In this document: positions 38,339 to 52,334 of the stretch, one piece after another
How the letters are laid out: each line of letters opens with the position of its first letter
Numbering within the stretch: position 1 is the stretch's first letter
Origin: Octopus sinensis
Taxonomy: Eukaryota
Length of the DNA: 64,000 bases
Direction of reading: 5' to 3'
Assembly (NCBI RefSeq): GCF_006345805.1
Contig: NC_043015.1
Location: forward strand, 32,550,001 to 32,614,000
The notes under the pieces: generated by a model
The model's input: only the letters and a program-made list of their open reading frames with translations
Databases searched by the model: none
What the model was told of the DNA's origin: nothing
Made by a program: the position numbers and the translations under genes

Positions 38339-39640
38339 TAACGCTAAATATCTTACAAATGACAAAATGATAACTTTTTCCCCCATCACAAGCCACACTA
38401 CTTCTTTTGTAGCTAATATCTTTAACGAGGTTTGCATCAAAAGATACTTCTCAAACCCAGTTTATCTATAATTTTCTTTTGAAATAAATGTGTTGTTCTG
38501 ATTCAAAGTCAGTTCTTCGCTTTCTCTCATTTTTGACCTCATTTATTTTAACCTAACATTTTTCCTAACGAACCAAATTTCTATTATTTATATCCTAATG
38601 TAACTTAAGAATGGGCCATGATTGCTGAAAAAACTGCTTTCAATTTGACTGGGAACTAGATTAATAACGAAGCTCAGAAATGCTCATAGGTGATTACAAG
38701 TTGACGTTTGTATATATTCACCCAATGCCGTGGGTCAATGATGAACGATCCGCATTCAATTTGAGTAAGAACTGAATCATTTATGAAGCCTTAACGTACC
38801 CGAGAGTGACAAGAACCTGATCTTAACATTGTATCACTGAGTGAGTTGGCATTTTGCAGAAAATAAAGAAAATCTCGAACACAGAATAGCTCTGAAAATA
38901 ACTTAGAAGATCGGGTAAAATACCCCTTAGAAAACGGAGAAAAAAATGGCGAACACGCTGCTCAAAGGAAATGACCCGCCGTGCCTCTCTAATACCAGAA
39001 AAGCATTCTGTGCCATTCATGTCAATAAGTGGCGTTTTACATAACGCTAAATATCTTAAAATGACAAAATTATTTTGACTCGTGAATATGATCACCTTTA
39101 TTCGTCACTTGAAGCCTCGCCAGTTTCTTTTGTAGGTAATATTTTTTGAGGAGGTTTTCACCACAAAATTATTCTCATAGCGCACTTTCACTTGAAGACA
39201 AATACTGTATAGTTTTCTTTTACAATATATTTTGATTAAAAATCAATTTTGGTGGTTAGTTAAGCTTCTTTCATTACTTAAAGTACCACAGTACTTTTTC
39301 CATAGCAAATACTTTCTAACGAAGTCTTCACCGAATGATTCTTCTCTATAAGTACATTCTTTTATTTTCAATTAATCTACAATTTTCTCTTGTAATAACT
39401 TGGATGCTTTGATTCAAAGTCAATTTTTCACCTTACTCTCCCAATTATAACCTCATATTTTGATCTAACTTTTTCTTTCTCGTGAACCAAATCTTAATCA
39501 TTCTATATTCAAATGTAAATTAGAAATGGACCTTCATTGCTAAAACGTGTCTGCTTTCAATTTGGATGAGAACTAGATTAGTGACGAAACCTAGAAGTGC
39601 TTGCAAGTCATTAAAACTTGACCGTAAGCATATATTCACA
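38339..39640 (+). repeat. Diverged direct duplication (38339-38725 vs 39043-39640)
   Basis: Shared anchors ATAACGCTAAATATCTTA, TGATTCAAAGTCA, GAACCAAAT, CTGCTTTCAATTTG, GAACTAGATTA, ATATATTCAC in the same order. Confidence 0.75.
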
Positions 39641-39910
39641 CACACACAAAAAAACATATATTAAATGAATTAAGGTTCATGCTAATATAGTTTGTCAATA
39701 TTTAGAACTATTTACCTTCTGGCAGTTCTTTATACTTTTCATGTTAAACCATTTATAAATCCATTTCTTAAGAACGTTCTCTTACACACACACACACACA
39801 CACACACTTCGCGCGTTCCTGTACATTAGCATATATGTTTTGATATTTTTGAGGCTGTTATTAACACATGGTTTTCTTCATCTTTTTCAAATATCACATA
39901 ATATGTACAT

Positions 39911-39943
<33 letters not shown>

Positions 39944-40229
39944 GTGTGTGTGTGTGTGTGTGTGTGTTGCGTGCGCATCTTTGAAGCAACATTGTTCTGG
40001 TAACTTCTGCAATAAACTGTCCTGGACATTGCCCTTGTTTTGGACAAAATCAGTAGCGTGGAAAGGAAACACCTGCTGCATGGGCACTTACTTGATCCTC
40101 GTATTAGCTCTGCCCAATCTACGCTATGTTGAGGATACTTCAGCATTGCTTCACAACGATAGCACAACACAGAAAACAGCAGTAAAACTGCGATCACATT
40201 GACGCAAAGTCAGGCGCAAGGGCTGCTTT

Positions 40230-40980
40230 CGACATCATCACCATTTGACTATCAGCTAACGTTCTGAAGAACAGTGACGCATGAAGGAGCGAAGAGATGA
40301 ACAACAAACTGCTAATATTTGAAATGGACATTGCAATAACAGACACGTGTTGCAGAATTAAGAACTTTACGTACGAGAAGCTATATCTTTCTGGTAGGGA
40401 TAGGGTTTAAGCAAGAGTGGAACGTATGGCATTGGCTTTGCTGAGGAAAACTCACCGCTAAAAATGAAGTACTGCATCCTATATGCTATCAGCTTTGTCA
40501 GTATTCACATCCTTATTCTCTGCTCTTCACGTGATGCAAAGGATGAATTGTATAACCAAGCATGAAGGACGATTCAAGAGATTCCAAATAAGGAACCGCT
40601 ATTACAGCTTGGTGATTTCAACCCTGGAATGAGTGCAGACCACAACTCTTGGACAATCTAACTGAAATGGCTTGGAATCAGTAGCATAAATGACAATCAT
40701 TGATTGAGCTTTGCACGTTCGATGGACTGTGTTTCACCAACAATTACTTCTAAAGTAACACAATTACTTCCAAAATAAGCTCAGCACAAAATACCTTGGA
40801 GACATCCCCGTTCCACACACTGGCACCATAGAGACCTAATATGCACAAGACGCTGCTATTTGGGGAATAGACTTATGACTTTATCTTTCCAGAGTCCAGA
40901 CTGCAATAGGAACCCCCGTTTGGTCTGCTAAGGTCAGACTGCACACAAAAGACACACTGCATGAAACCACACGGCGAGCA
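40230..40980 (+). mobile_element. RTE-clade LINE apurinic endonuclease fragment
   Basis: AKDELYNQ...EIPNKEPLLQLGDFN...ELCTFDGLCFTNNYF...PWRHPRSTHWHHRDLIC (frame-broken). Confidence 0.88.
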
Positions 40981-42422
40981 GTGCCTTTGCTGTCATCATA
41001 ACACGACAGTCAAATAAAGCAGAAAAGTCCGATAAAGCAGATATCCTCCTTGCAAACTGGAGGCAGCTTGGTGACACGACAGTTTTTACTAATCTGCGTC
41101 AGAGGAGATCTGGGAACTATGATAGCCCAGGGATGATTCCACACCCCAAACTGCTTTAAATAAAGTATATATATATATATATATTGCAGGATAATATGGA
41201 GAGACTCATGTAAAAGCTTGTGTGTATATATATGCTTATACATATAAATGTGTATGTGTTATATAGATGCATACATATATATGTGTGTGTATGCATGTAT
41301 GTGTTTATGTGTGTATGTGTGTGTGTGCGTATGTGTGTGTGTTTGTCTTTCCATATATTCTCCAAGACAGCCCACTGAAGCCTTGCTCCTGTTGCATTAA
41401 GTTTGTGTATATACAATCTGATGCTTTAGAAAGGAAGGCCGTTATTGTGATTGTTGAAGCCCTTCCCATCAATATCAATGACATAAAACACTTAAATCGG
41501 GGCAAGGGGACAGGGAAGATCCTAAGCTACAAACAAGACAAAAACAACAAAAATATAAATCGAAGAACAAATTTCAGTGTTCCTTAATGTCATTAGAACC
41601 ATCAATGCTTCTATTGCTCCGTTTGAAGCGTCAGAAAAACAAAATTTTACTGTTAACTGACAGCATCCAAAATGAACGAAAAATTGTTATTGTCTAGCTA
41701 ATTACGTCAATTGTTCCGTTTTACGAACTCGCATCCGTTTTAAGATATTTTAATGTTCTAAGGTATATTAATGTTTCAATCTTCCAGATGAATTAATGGA
41801 GAATGGCAAATAAAATAGATATTATAATGATGATATCACTGATAATATAGGCCTCATTGCTTCACAATACCGACGACCATTTTATCTGGCCACATTCAAT
41901 GATATGTTTCATTATTTTCGCGAAATGTCTTTAGAAATTTGACTTTCATTCAATAGATATTTCTAGATTCTATTGCTAATTATTGCTATTATGGATGTAA
42001 CACTTCATCACTTCAATCGCACACTTACTTTTGTTGCTTACATACACAGACGCACAAATGTATATATATAAATATATATTTGTGTGTGTGTGTGTTCCTG
42101 AATATTTATAAATTTCCCGTTTTTCTCTGTTCGTTTGTTGGTTTCATTTTGCTCTCCCACTCTCGCGGACAATAAATACATACATTCATATTCTTCTTTT
42201 ATTTGTTTCAGACACTGGACTGCGGGCATTGTAAGGCAGGACCTTGAAAGGTTTTGGTCGAATAGATGGACCCCAGTACTCATTTTAGTAACGGTACTTA
42301 TTCTATCAAACCCCTTTTTACGAACCGGTAATTTACAGGAATGTAAACAATTCAACACCTGTTCGAAGATACACAGACATATATATACATATATATAACT
42401 TATATAAATATATAATGTAATA

Positions 42423-42492
<70 letters not shown>

Positions 42493-42624
42493 CAGCACTC
42501 CGTCTGTTACGACGACGAGGGTTCCAGTTGATCCGATCAACTGAAGAGCTTGCTCGTAAAATAAGCGTGCAACTGCCTGACCACTCCATCGACATGTATA
42601 CTTAGATGTAACATTATGCAGATG

Positions 42625-42965
42625 ACACTAGCGTTTCCATTGGTGCAATGACAAATGTGTGCATACTTTATAAAGCAAGGAAATGGCCTGGGGAGACACC
42701 TGCACTGTGCTGCAGTGGTGGAAAGGTTACACTCCCTGCAATCCCCCAGCCCCCAGAGCCATTGAAAAAACTGTTGTCATCAACTGACCAAGATTCCAAG
42801 TACTTCCATAACAAAATTATACAATACCACGCTGCACTACAGTTGATATCATTTGAAGCCACAAGAGATAACTGAGCCAGGGTTAATACAAATTTTCAAG
42901 ATCCAAGATTGGCTCTCTACTACCTCTGTTAAATGAATCACCAAATACGGCCTTTCATTGTTTAT
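42625..42965 (+). mobile_element. Helitron Rep/helicase N-terminal fragment
   Basis: GAMTNVCILYKARKWPGETPALCCSGGKVTLPAIPQPPEPLKKLL...KIIQYHAALQLISF, then FKIQ...GSLLPL, matches the Helitron CC..GKV.LP...PP.PL..LL and YN..F.MTSF motifs. Confidence 0.85.
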
Positions 42966-43002
42966 CTGTTTGCCTGTCTGTCTGTATATCTATCTATCAC
43001 TG

Positions 43003-43322
43003 GTGCTCCGTTGGTTGCGAAAGCAAGGGTTCCAGTTGATCCGATCACAGAACAGGCTGCTCGAGAAATTCACGTATAAGCGACTGAGCCAGCTACAGGC
43101 AGGCGTGCCCTTAACGGAGTTCTCGAGGAGATTCAACCTGACACAGAGTGTGACAAGGCTGGGCCTTTGACATATAAATATTACTCATTTTCTCTAGTTG
43201 ATTGGACTGGAGCAATGTGAAATAAAGTGTCTTGCTCAAGGACACAACCTGCTGCCGGGAATCGAACTCACATCCTTAGAATCGTGAGCCGAATACCCTA
43301 ACCACTAAGCCAAGAGCCTTGC
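43003..43322 (-). mobile_element. SINE family B variant, near full length
   Basis: Revcomp tRNA head (GGCTTAGTGGTTAGGGTATTCGG...GAGTTCGATTCCCGG) and tail shared with 17600-17753; another tail fragment at 42495-42600. Confidence 0.85.
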
Positions 43323-43574
43323 TATCAATCTACACCTATATGTGTGTGTGAATGTGTGTGAGTGTGTGCATGTGTGTGTACATGTTCGTGTGCATACACA
43401 CATACGTACATTACAGTATCGACCAGGCTGTTGGATGTTAAACATCGCTGATCACAGTGTACTTCTGAATGGACGGCAGCCACGTGAAATGAAGTGTTTT
43501 GCTCAAGAACACAACGCGCCGCTCGTTGACCTCAGGGGAAGTTCGAACTTATTGTACAGTGCTGAGACAAATGC

Positions 43575-43612
<38 letters not shown>

Positions 43613-43719
43613 CTCTCAAGTACATGCTTGTGCATCTATGTATTTATGTGTGTGTGTGTGGAGAAATGTATGCGTTTGCGTTTATATGTGTGTATAAAGA
43701 GAGATAGAAACAAAAAGAA

Positions 43720-43759
43720 ACCAAGAAAGAAAGAAAGCGAGAAAGAAAGAAAGCGAGAG

Positions 43760-43806
<47 letters not shown>

Positions 43807-43897
43807 AAAAAGAAAGAAAGAGAAAAGAAAGAAAGCAAGAAGGAAAGAAAGCGAGAAAGAAAGAAAGAAAGAAAGAAAGCAAGAAGGAAAGAAAGCG

Positions 43898-43939
<42 letters not shown>

Positions 43940-44001
43940 CGAGAAAGCAAGAAAGAAAGAAAGCGAGAAAGAAAGAAAGAAAGAAAGAAAGCGAGAAAGA
44001 A

Positions 44002-44053
<52 letters not shown>

Positions 44054-44260
44054 AAAAGAAGAATTTCCGTCTGCGGAATCCCACTGAACAGTCATTAGTC
44101 ACTGACGGTGTGTGATACACTATATTTACCTCAGGTAACAAGTCGTGAGATCGAAAGATCGAAGGCTGTCTGTTTGTCACTACAACTCCTTATCTCTATC
44201 TCTCTATCCCCCTCTCACACCCTCTTTCTCTCTCACTGTAACGGTCTTTCAGTTTTTCCT

Positions 44261-44332
<72 letters not shown>
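43720..44332. repeat. (AAAG)n tract 43720-44060 facing a (CTTT)n tract 44255-44332
   Basis: Direct reading; explains the KERK/FLSF ORFs. Confidence 0.95.
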
Positions 44333-44333
<1 letters not shown>

Positions 44334-45249
44334 TCCTCTCTCCTCACTTCCAATATTACTTTTTGCTCTATTTCCTCCTCTCCATTTATTGATTATTCTT
44401 TCACTCCCCTTCTTTCTCATTCACTTCTCTTCCTCCCTCTCACTCTCACTCTCTCTCTCTCGCTCCTTCTCGTTCCACATACATATGTATGTATGTGTTT
44501 GCTCGCGTGTGCGTGTGTGCGTGTGTGTTTGCGTAAAACCTCCATAGACCGGAAGAAAATATTTTCGTTTTAGATATTAGAAATGGAAACATAAACAAAA
44601 ACCAGAAAATTATGCCAGAACTAAAAGAAAAAACAAAAACATGAGAGAAATAATTAAAACAAATCTTTAAAATCATTAAATAAACAAATAATAATCAACT
44701 TTTCTCTGGATGTCAGTGAATTAAAAGATAGTTGGGGAAGTGAGGGAGTCATGGAGTGGTAATACAGATCGTAAAAATGACAGAGATATGACGTCGGGTC
44801 ATGAATCTCTTGTCACAATTCTTGTCAAAACTTTCACAAAAATTTCGATGTGTCTGAATTACGTCGCGTAAATTCAAATAGCTATTTTATGTTACTTCAG
44901 TTTCTTCCCTACCCCTGTCTCTCTCTGTGTTTCTCTCTCTCTCTTTATCTGTCTGTTCGTGTCCCTGTCCGATCGTCTGTCAAATGTGTTTGTTTTTATT
45001 TGTTTGTCTGTGTGATTTGTCTGTGCGTCAATTCTGCATCAGTTGTTATTGATAACTCATCGAAAATACAGAAAATTCGTAATAAAAAATGAACGAAGAA
45101 ATATAAAAAGGAAATTTGATGAAATGCATGCCTAAGATACATAAATGAACGCAATTGCAAAGAAATCCAGTTTTGATAGAATTCTTTCATTCTTATGAGA
45201 CAGTTCGCACTTCAACGCAGGCAAAAAGCAAAATTATTTAATCAGATAT

Positions 45250-45775
45250 CTTTTATCTTTTATTCAGTTCAGTCATTAGACTGCGGCCATACAGAAGCAC
45301 TGCCTTGGAATGTTTTCAGTCATACGAATCGCTCTCGGTTCTTAATTTTTAAGCTGGCTGCGTAGTAAGAAGCTTGCTTCCCAACCACATTATTCGAGGT
45401 TCAATCTCACTGCGTGTCACCTTTGGCAAATGTCCAAAGCCTTGTGAAAGAAGCTCGTTGTGTATGTATGTATATATATATATATATATGTTTGTGTGTG
45501 TGTATGTGTTTGTGTGCGTGTGTATATGTGTTTGTGTGTGTGCGTGCCAGTGTGTGTGTGTCTGGCTTTGTCGTCCCCCCCATCACTGCTTCATAACCAG
45601 TTTTTGTTTACATCCATGTAAATTAGCGGTTCGGCAAAAAGAGTTCGATAGAATTAGTACCAGGCTTATAAAAATACTGGGGTCGATTTCTACCGCTAAA
45701 ATGTTCAGCAAAGCAGTGCCCCAGCATGACCACAGTATAATGATTGAAACAAATAAAAAATAAAAGATGGTACTT
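45250..45775. mobile_element. SINE family C copies (tail on - at 45250-45350; diverged copy on + at 45352-45775)
   Basis: GCTTGCTTCCCAACCAC head, internal TA/TG tract, AATTAGCGGTTCGGCAAAAAGAG tail. Confidence 0.8.
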
Positions 45776-47344
45776 CCGGTCTCTTTTACTGAAGAGCACC
45801 GCTAAGTTAAAGCGACATAAACAAACCTACACCGGTTGTCAAGCGGTGGGTGGGGGCACTCTTTTTTTTTACTTACTAACGGTCTCGTCTGTTGGCAATA
45901 AGATAAGACAACTGCTGTGCTGTTGACGTCTCTTGAGGCAAAAGTATGTATCAGAGCTGTCCTCAAATTTCTAAAAAAATTCGATCATGTTCTTTTTCCT
46001 TAATGAAATGATGAATTTAAGAAATTCTCAATTCTTGGGATTTTTCTTCCATTCTCAATTGGAGTGCATCCCAATTGCCACAACGCAATCGTATTACCTT
46101 CTCTGGAAGCAGAGATGGTTTCAATAAACTAAGAATTGTTTTGTATGTTATTTGATATGCTCTTATTCGCCATTTTTATATTATCCAGATACGTTCCACA
46201 GGCCACTCTGAGGTATTTCACTTTAAAACTAATTAGCGCAGGTTCGAAAACAGCCCTGCAGCATCAAGGATCGGTTTACTTAACCACTTGAGGGCGTTCT
46301 GCTTTCCTTTTTGTTAGCTTGTCCCGACTGCGGGAATTACATAGATATGTTTTAGATTTTTAGCACAGCAAAACATCGCTCTACAAAGCTAAAATACATG
46401 AAGTTAAGATTAAAAGCTTATGTGCTTTGAAACACCATCCTATATCAATTTTTAATCAATATTTATGGAGCTCTACGATATCAGTCTTGGTTCAATATTT
46501 GTTAGGATAACAAAAAACAGCCATTTCGAATTCGGGAGTAGCAAAATTAAAAAAAGATTGATGTATGGTTACATTTTAGAAATTTGAAATCTTTTGCTGA
46601 GAAACCAAATTAAGAGAAAAAGTCTTCTTTCTTTTTTTGCAGCCTAAAAGCTCGATAAATTTCAATTTTTTATTGACCTAAATCAATCTTTCTCAAATAC
46701 TTCAAGGAATTTTTATTTTTATTTTTGCTTCCTTGAGCTAAAAATTTCTCTCTTTGTCTAGGAGAAGGGAGACAAAAATACTAATTCCATCAAATTTAGG
46801 TAATTTTTATTTCTTGAAATTTTGCTAGTGTTTGTTCAACGATAAAGTAGTTAGATAGGAATCCATATATTTCTTTCACGGTACCTTAGAAAGAAGTTCA
46901 GTAAATAGTAAAGTGTAAAGAAATACTTATAGTAAAAAAAGGGTGTGGGGGAATTCGAATGTTCCGATGTCAGCAAAAATCCACAACCATCATTTTTCGT
47001 TTGATCATCAAAACTCGTTTGATTTTCCAGAACATCAAAAATACTTAAAGTATTTTTTCTTCTCGTTAACAGCCAATTGAAATGTATAGTTGTATCACGT
47101 TAGCGCAAGCTTAGGAAAGCGTTTTCCACAATATTGTTGTGTGATGGCTACAAGGACGATATACTAGTTAATACTAAGAAACATATATTGTATTAAGGAA
47201 TGAGCGAAGTCACTTTGCTTGAAACAAAATTAAACTTACGGGCTGCATACCAGTCAAGTAGCTCCTCCTACTCTCTTACTAAGTTTTCCTTGGTAACCGA
47301 TAGGTTCGCTTGCCCCAACAACGCCATCGCTGTCTGAGCAGTGG

Positions 47345-48545
47345 CGGCGAGCTGGCAGAATCGTTATTGAGACCCCCTTCGGTCATGACTGACCGTGGGA
47401 TTGGCACAACCTCGGGCAAGGTTGTTTTATGGAAGACCAGCAGTGACCCATGCATACCAGCCTCTCCTCTCCACGCCACCAGTGTTATCCAAAGCAAAGG
47501 CAAAGGGGCCAATACAGCTTGGCACCTGTGACGTCGCAACGCATTTCTACAGCTGAGTGAACTGGAGCAACGTGAAATAAAGTGTCTTGCTCAAGAACAC
47601 AACACGCAGCCCGGTCCGGGATTCGAACTCACAACCTCACAATCGTAAGCTCGACGCTCTCACCACTGAGCCAGATATATATATATATGTTTGATTCATT
47701 TAAACTGCGGCCAGGGTTGATGCAACAGACTTACCTCTTCTCCCAAAGTCCTTGGCAGAGTGCCAAAAGTTCGAAACTATTATTATCCCTGACTGGATCG
47801 AACTTCATCTTGGCAACATTTAATCCAAAGACAAGAGAACCGGAAACAAATACCTGGCTTTGATTCAAAAACTTCTGATTCAAAACTGTAACGGTTCGAC
47901 CGCTTTCACGCCTTCAAAATCAGCCATTGTGTAAAATATTATTGTGGTAAAAGAAGAGCTGACTTGATCCTTAGGGCGTTGGAAAAAGGCTCAGCAACCC
48001 TTCTTCCAGCTCTTTACGATTTGAATTCATATCCATCTGATGTTGACTTTGCTATTTATCCTTTCGAGGTCAATAAAATAAGTAAAGTAAAGTTAGCTTC
48101 TCGAGCCATACCGACTCATAAGGGCCGGTTTTCTGGTTTCCGTTGCGTATATATTCCCCGGCTGGACTGGATGCCAGTATGTCGTAGGATCACTCAGTTT
48201 TGCTAGCTTAGTGGTCTGGAGTAACTTGATACGAAAAGTTTTGCTCAAGAACGTAACGCGTTGCCCGGTCCAGGAATCGAAACCACAATCTTACAATCAC
48301 GAGTCCAACATCCTAACTATTAAACCACGCGCCTTCCAATAAAATAAGTACTGGGGTTGATATGATTGACTACTCTTCTCTGAAACTGCTGGCCGTGTGC
48401 CAAAATTTGAACTCTTTCTTCCAGCTCTTAATGATCTGAGTTCCTTTTCATCCTTTCCAGGACAATAAAATAAGTACCAATATAAAGCTGGGGTCGATGT
48501 GCTCGACTTGGATTCTCTCCTAAATTTCAAGATTTGTGCCAAAAT
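47345..48545. mobile_element. Cluster of SINE A and B fragments
   Basis: GGAGCAACGTGAAATAAAGTGTCTTGCTCAAGAACACAAC...GATTCGAACTCAC (47565-47675, -) and a related copy at 48100-48335. Confidence 0.75.
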
Positions 48546-48964
48546 TAGAAAAAAAAAGGTAAAAATATATTGTTGTTCTGGCTTAGAAAACAAAACGGAA
48601 AGCCGGAGGCGTAGTTTGAAATCATGACCCATGTGTTGATAAGTTCAATACTTTATAAATGAGGCCATTTTGCTTTATGTGTATTCTGTCTATTGTGCTT
48701 ATCTGACATGGCACTTAGAAAAACAGTCCTCTCCCATCCCTTAGCCAAACGCACGTTTAACGAGTTTCTCTCAGCCATTATGGAGACATCGCTCTGTTAA
48801 AACCTTTATGCGTTCCTTTTATAATGTAGCCTAAACAATGCGTTTTATTTTTCAATTTTTATCTAATGGTGATATGAAGACAGCTTATTGAAGGTTCCAC
48901 GTTGAATGTTTTCATATTTTCTTAACAATAACAGATTAAAAATAATATGCTTTGTATAAGAGGT

Positions 48965-49004
<40 letters not shown>

Positions 49005-49143
49005 CAAACATACGTTCACATATATGTATGTGCATTTCTGCGTTTTTGTATATATATATACATATAATATGATTAATAATGTATCCAATATATTTGTATG
49101 TATAAGTATGTATATGAATATATATATGTATATGTTTATAGGT

Positions 49144-49177
<34 letters not shown>

Positions 49178-49659
49178 GTGTGTGTGTGTGTATATAAATG
49201 GGTTTATACATACATAAATACATCTGTGTGTATGCACTTATAGTACTATATATATATATATATATATACATGCATCTTTGGAAAAATATATAATACTGTA
49301 CCAAGGACTTTCTATCTATATCTTTGCAACACACATTCATAAACGTGTGTATATATACATATATATATGTGCATATATACATACATATGCACATCGTTAT
49401 AATGCGTTTACTTTCTTCTGTCACAATACCTTTCTCTACTTATACCTAATATGCGCGCGCATTGTGTTTTCGTTCGCTTGTGCATGTGTATATATACACA
49501 CACAACAATACCGATATAAACACACTTGTATTGAATATTAACTGAATGTGCATACAAAGGCAAATACTGAGCATAATGTGTATATGTGTATATGTGTATA
49601 TGTGTTTGCGCGTACGTATGCAACATGCACGCACTGACTCATACGCATACATACACATA

Positions 49660-49891
49660 CAGATATAAGTGTGTATATATATGTATATATATATATATAT
49701 ATTATATATATATGTATATGTATATATGTATATATATGTATATATAAATATGTCTCTCTATGTATATATGTATATGTGTATTGTATATATATATATATAT
49801 ATATGTATATATAAATATGTCTCTCTATGTATATATGTATATGTATGTGTATATATATACATACATAATATATATATATATATATATTTAT

Positions 49892-49925
<34 letters not shown>

Positions 49926-49984
49926 TAATTATATATATATATGTATATAATATGTTATATATATATGTGTTATATATATATATG

Positions 49985-50015
<31 letters not shown>

Positions 50016-50325
50016 GTATATATTATATATTGTATATTATATATATATATAATATGTATATTATATATATATATTATATATATATGTATATAATATATTA
50101 TGTCTATATATATTATGTATATATATATGTATGTATATATATATATACTATATATATGTATGTATATATATATGTAGTTATATATATATGTATGTATATA
50201 TATATGTATGTATATATATATGTATGTATGCATATATATATATGTATGTATATATATATATGTATGTATATATGTATGTATATATGTATATATATATATA
50301 CATATACATATGTATATGTGCATTC
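49660..50325. repeat. Very long compound (TA)/(TATG)n microsatellite
   Basis: Direct reading. Confidence 0.98.
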
Positions 50326-50381
50326 TTCATTGGTTTGTGCTTTCCACTTCCGTATGTAAGAGCTTTTGTCCAAGAACCTAC

Positions 50382-50498
50382 TTCAATAATGTTATTGGCA
50401 ACTCGTTGAATTGTTTCACGAGGATGTGATTTTCTAAAGAACTCTACAATTCCATCAGAAACGCTGCAGTGTTGGGAGAATAATGCTAGCAAATAGTT
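50382..50498 (-). CDS. Candidate internal coding exon (117 nt, phase 0-0), product unknown
   Basis: Acceptor ...ATTTCAG|, donor GAA|GTAGGT; only one of three frames open: [39 protein letters not shown]; unique island between microsatellites. Confidence 0.35.
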
Positions 50499-50679
50499 CT
50501 GAAATCTATCTTATAAATAATACATTAAACTTCGCGTACACCGACCCTAAGCCCCACCACCAGCAGTTCGGAATTGTTTATTAATTACAACATAGGTCTT
50601 TAAAGCTGTGAAGTTATAAATGAGAGAGGGATTAGGATTTTATCTCTTTTCCCTTTATACAATCTAGCCAATTATCATC

Positions 50680-50777
50680 ATCATATTATTATTATTAATA
50701 TTATTATTATTATTATTATTATATTATTATTATATTATTATATTATTATTATATTATCATCATCATCATCATCATCA

Positions 50778-50813
<36 letters not shown>

Positions 50814-51008
50814 TTATTATTATGATTATTTTTTATATTATTATTATTATATCATCATCATCTATCATTCATCATCATTATTATTATATTATTATTATTA
50901 ATAGTATTATTATATTATTATTATCTCATTCAATCATCATCATCATCTCATTATTATTATTATTATTATATTATTATTATTATATCATCATCATCATCAT
51001 CATTCATC

Positions 51009-51039
<31 letters not shown>

Positions 51040-51180
51040 ATATTATTATTATTATTATTATTATTATCATATCATCAGCATCATCATCATCATCATTATT
51101 ATTATTATTATTAATATTATTATTATTATTATTATATATATTATTATTATTATATCATCTCATCATCAGCCAGCAGCATC

Positions 51181-51212
<32 letters not shown>

Positions 51213-51285
51213 TATTATCATCATTATTATCATCATCATCATCATCATTATCATCATCATCATTATTATTATTATTATTATTATT

Positions 51286-51316
<31 letters not shown>

Positions 51317-51536
51317 ACATCATTATTATTATTATTATTATTATTATCATCATCCATTATCATCATCATCATCATCATCATCTCATCATCCTCATTATCA
51401 TCATCATCATCACATTATTCATTATTATTATTATTATTATATTATTATTATTATTATTATTATCATCATCATCATCAACATCTCATCATCATCTCTTCAT
51501 TATATTATTATTATTATTATTATTATCATCATCATT

Positions 51537-51571
<35 letters not shown>

Positions 51572-51575
51572 CATT

Positions 51576-51670
<95 letters not shown>
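50680..51670. repeat. Compound (ATT)n/(ATC)n microsatellite array (~1 kb)
   Basis: Direct reading. Confidence 0.98.
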
Positions 51671-51671
<1 letters not shown>

Positions 51672-51684
51672 AATTATTATTATT

Positions 51685-51850
51685 AAGGCTAGCAAGCTGG
51701 GCAGAATACCTTGTGGCATTTTTTTCGTCTTTACGTATGAGTTCAAATTCTTCCGAGGTCGACTTTGCCTTTCAACCCTTTCTGGTTCGATAATATAAGT
51801 ACCAGTTACGTACTGGTGTTGATATAATCCCGGCAAGCCCCATCCCTCAG
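51685..51850 (+). mobile_element. SINE family A
   Basis: GAGTTCAAATTCTTCCGAGGTCGACTTTGCCTTTCA core. Confidence 0.8.
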
Positions 51851-51894
51851 AATTTGAGGGGTTGTACCTATCATATAAAAGATTATTATTATTT

Positions 51895-52185
51895 GATGAA
51901 AACTCTCAGCTTATTTTGTTGGGTATAATGGAAAGTGTCAGCAGACTAAGGTGACATTTTCACTAGTCATACTTCAAGAACCCCGCGAAGAATTCTTGCA
52001 GTTCCTAGCAATGCTGATTTTTGTAGGTGTTCTACATTTACATTTGTACCAGTTCTTTTGAGCCCCGTTGGTAGTTGAGTGTTGACACTTCCAGGTGCGC
52101 CAATCACTATTGGTATCACGCCTACTCTCTTCATTGACTAGAACCTTCGTATTTTTCACTTCAAACCGTCGAAGTTGTTCAGTTC
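51895..52185 (-). mobile_element. R4/Dong-type RLE retrotransposon 3' fragment (family 3)
   Basis: Minus strand GVIPIVIGAPGSV...HLQKSALLGTARILRGVLEV*, short 3'UTR ending in AATAATAAT; 5' end abuts (GAA)n at 52186-52332. Confidence 0.85.
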
Positions 52186-52334
52186 TTCTTCTTCTTCTTC
52201 TTCTTCTTCTTCTTCTCCTTCTTCTTCTTCTTCTTCTCTTCTTCTTCTTCTTCTTCTTCTTCTTCTTCTCCTTCTTCTTCTTCTTCTTCTTCTTCTTCTT
52301 CTTCTTCTTCTTCTTCTTCTTCTTCTTCTTTCTA

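Noticed and set aside
40085-40197. Signal-peptide-like minus-strand ORF ending at a GTAAGT donor
   Set aside because: No in-frame ATG ahead of the hydrophobic stretch, and it lies in the probable 5' region of the plus-strand RTE fragment.
41305-41560. Minus-strand acceptor (TTGTTTGTAG) plus open frame as the missing middle exon
   Set aside because: No convincing donor in the required phase and no recognisable peptide.
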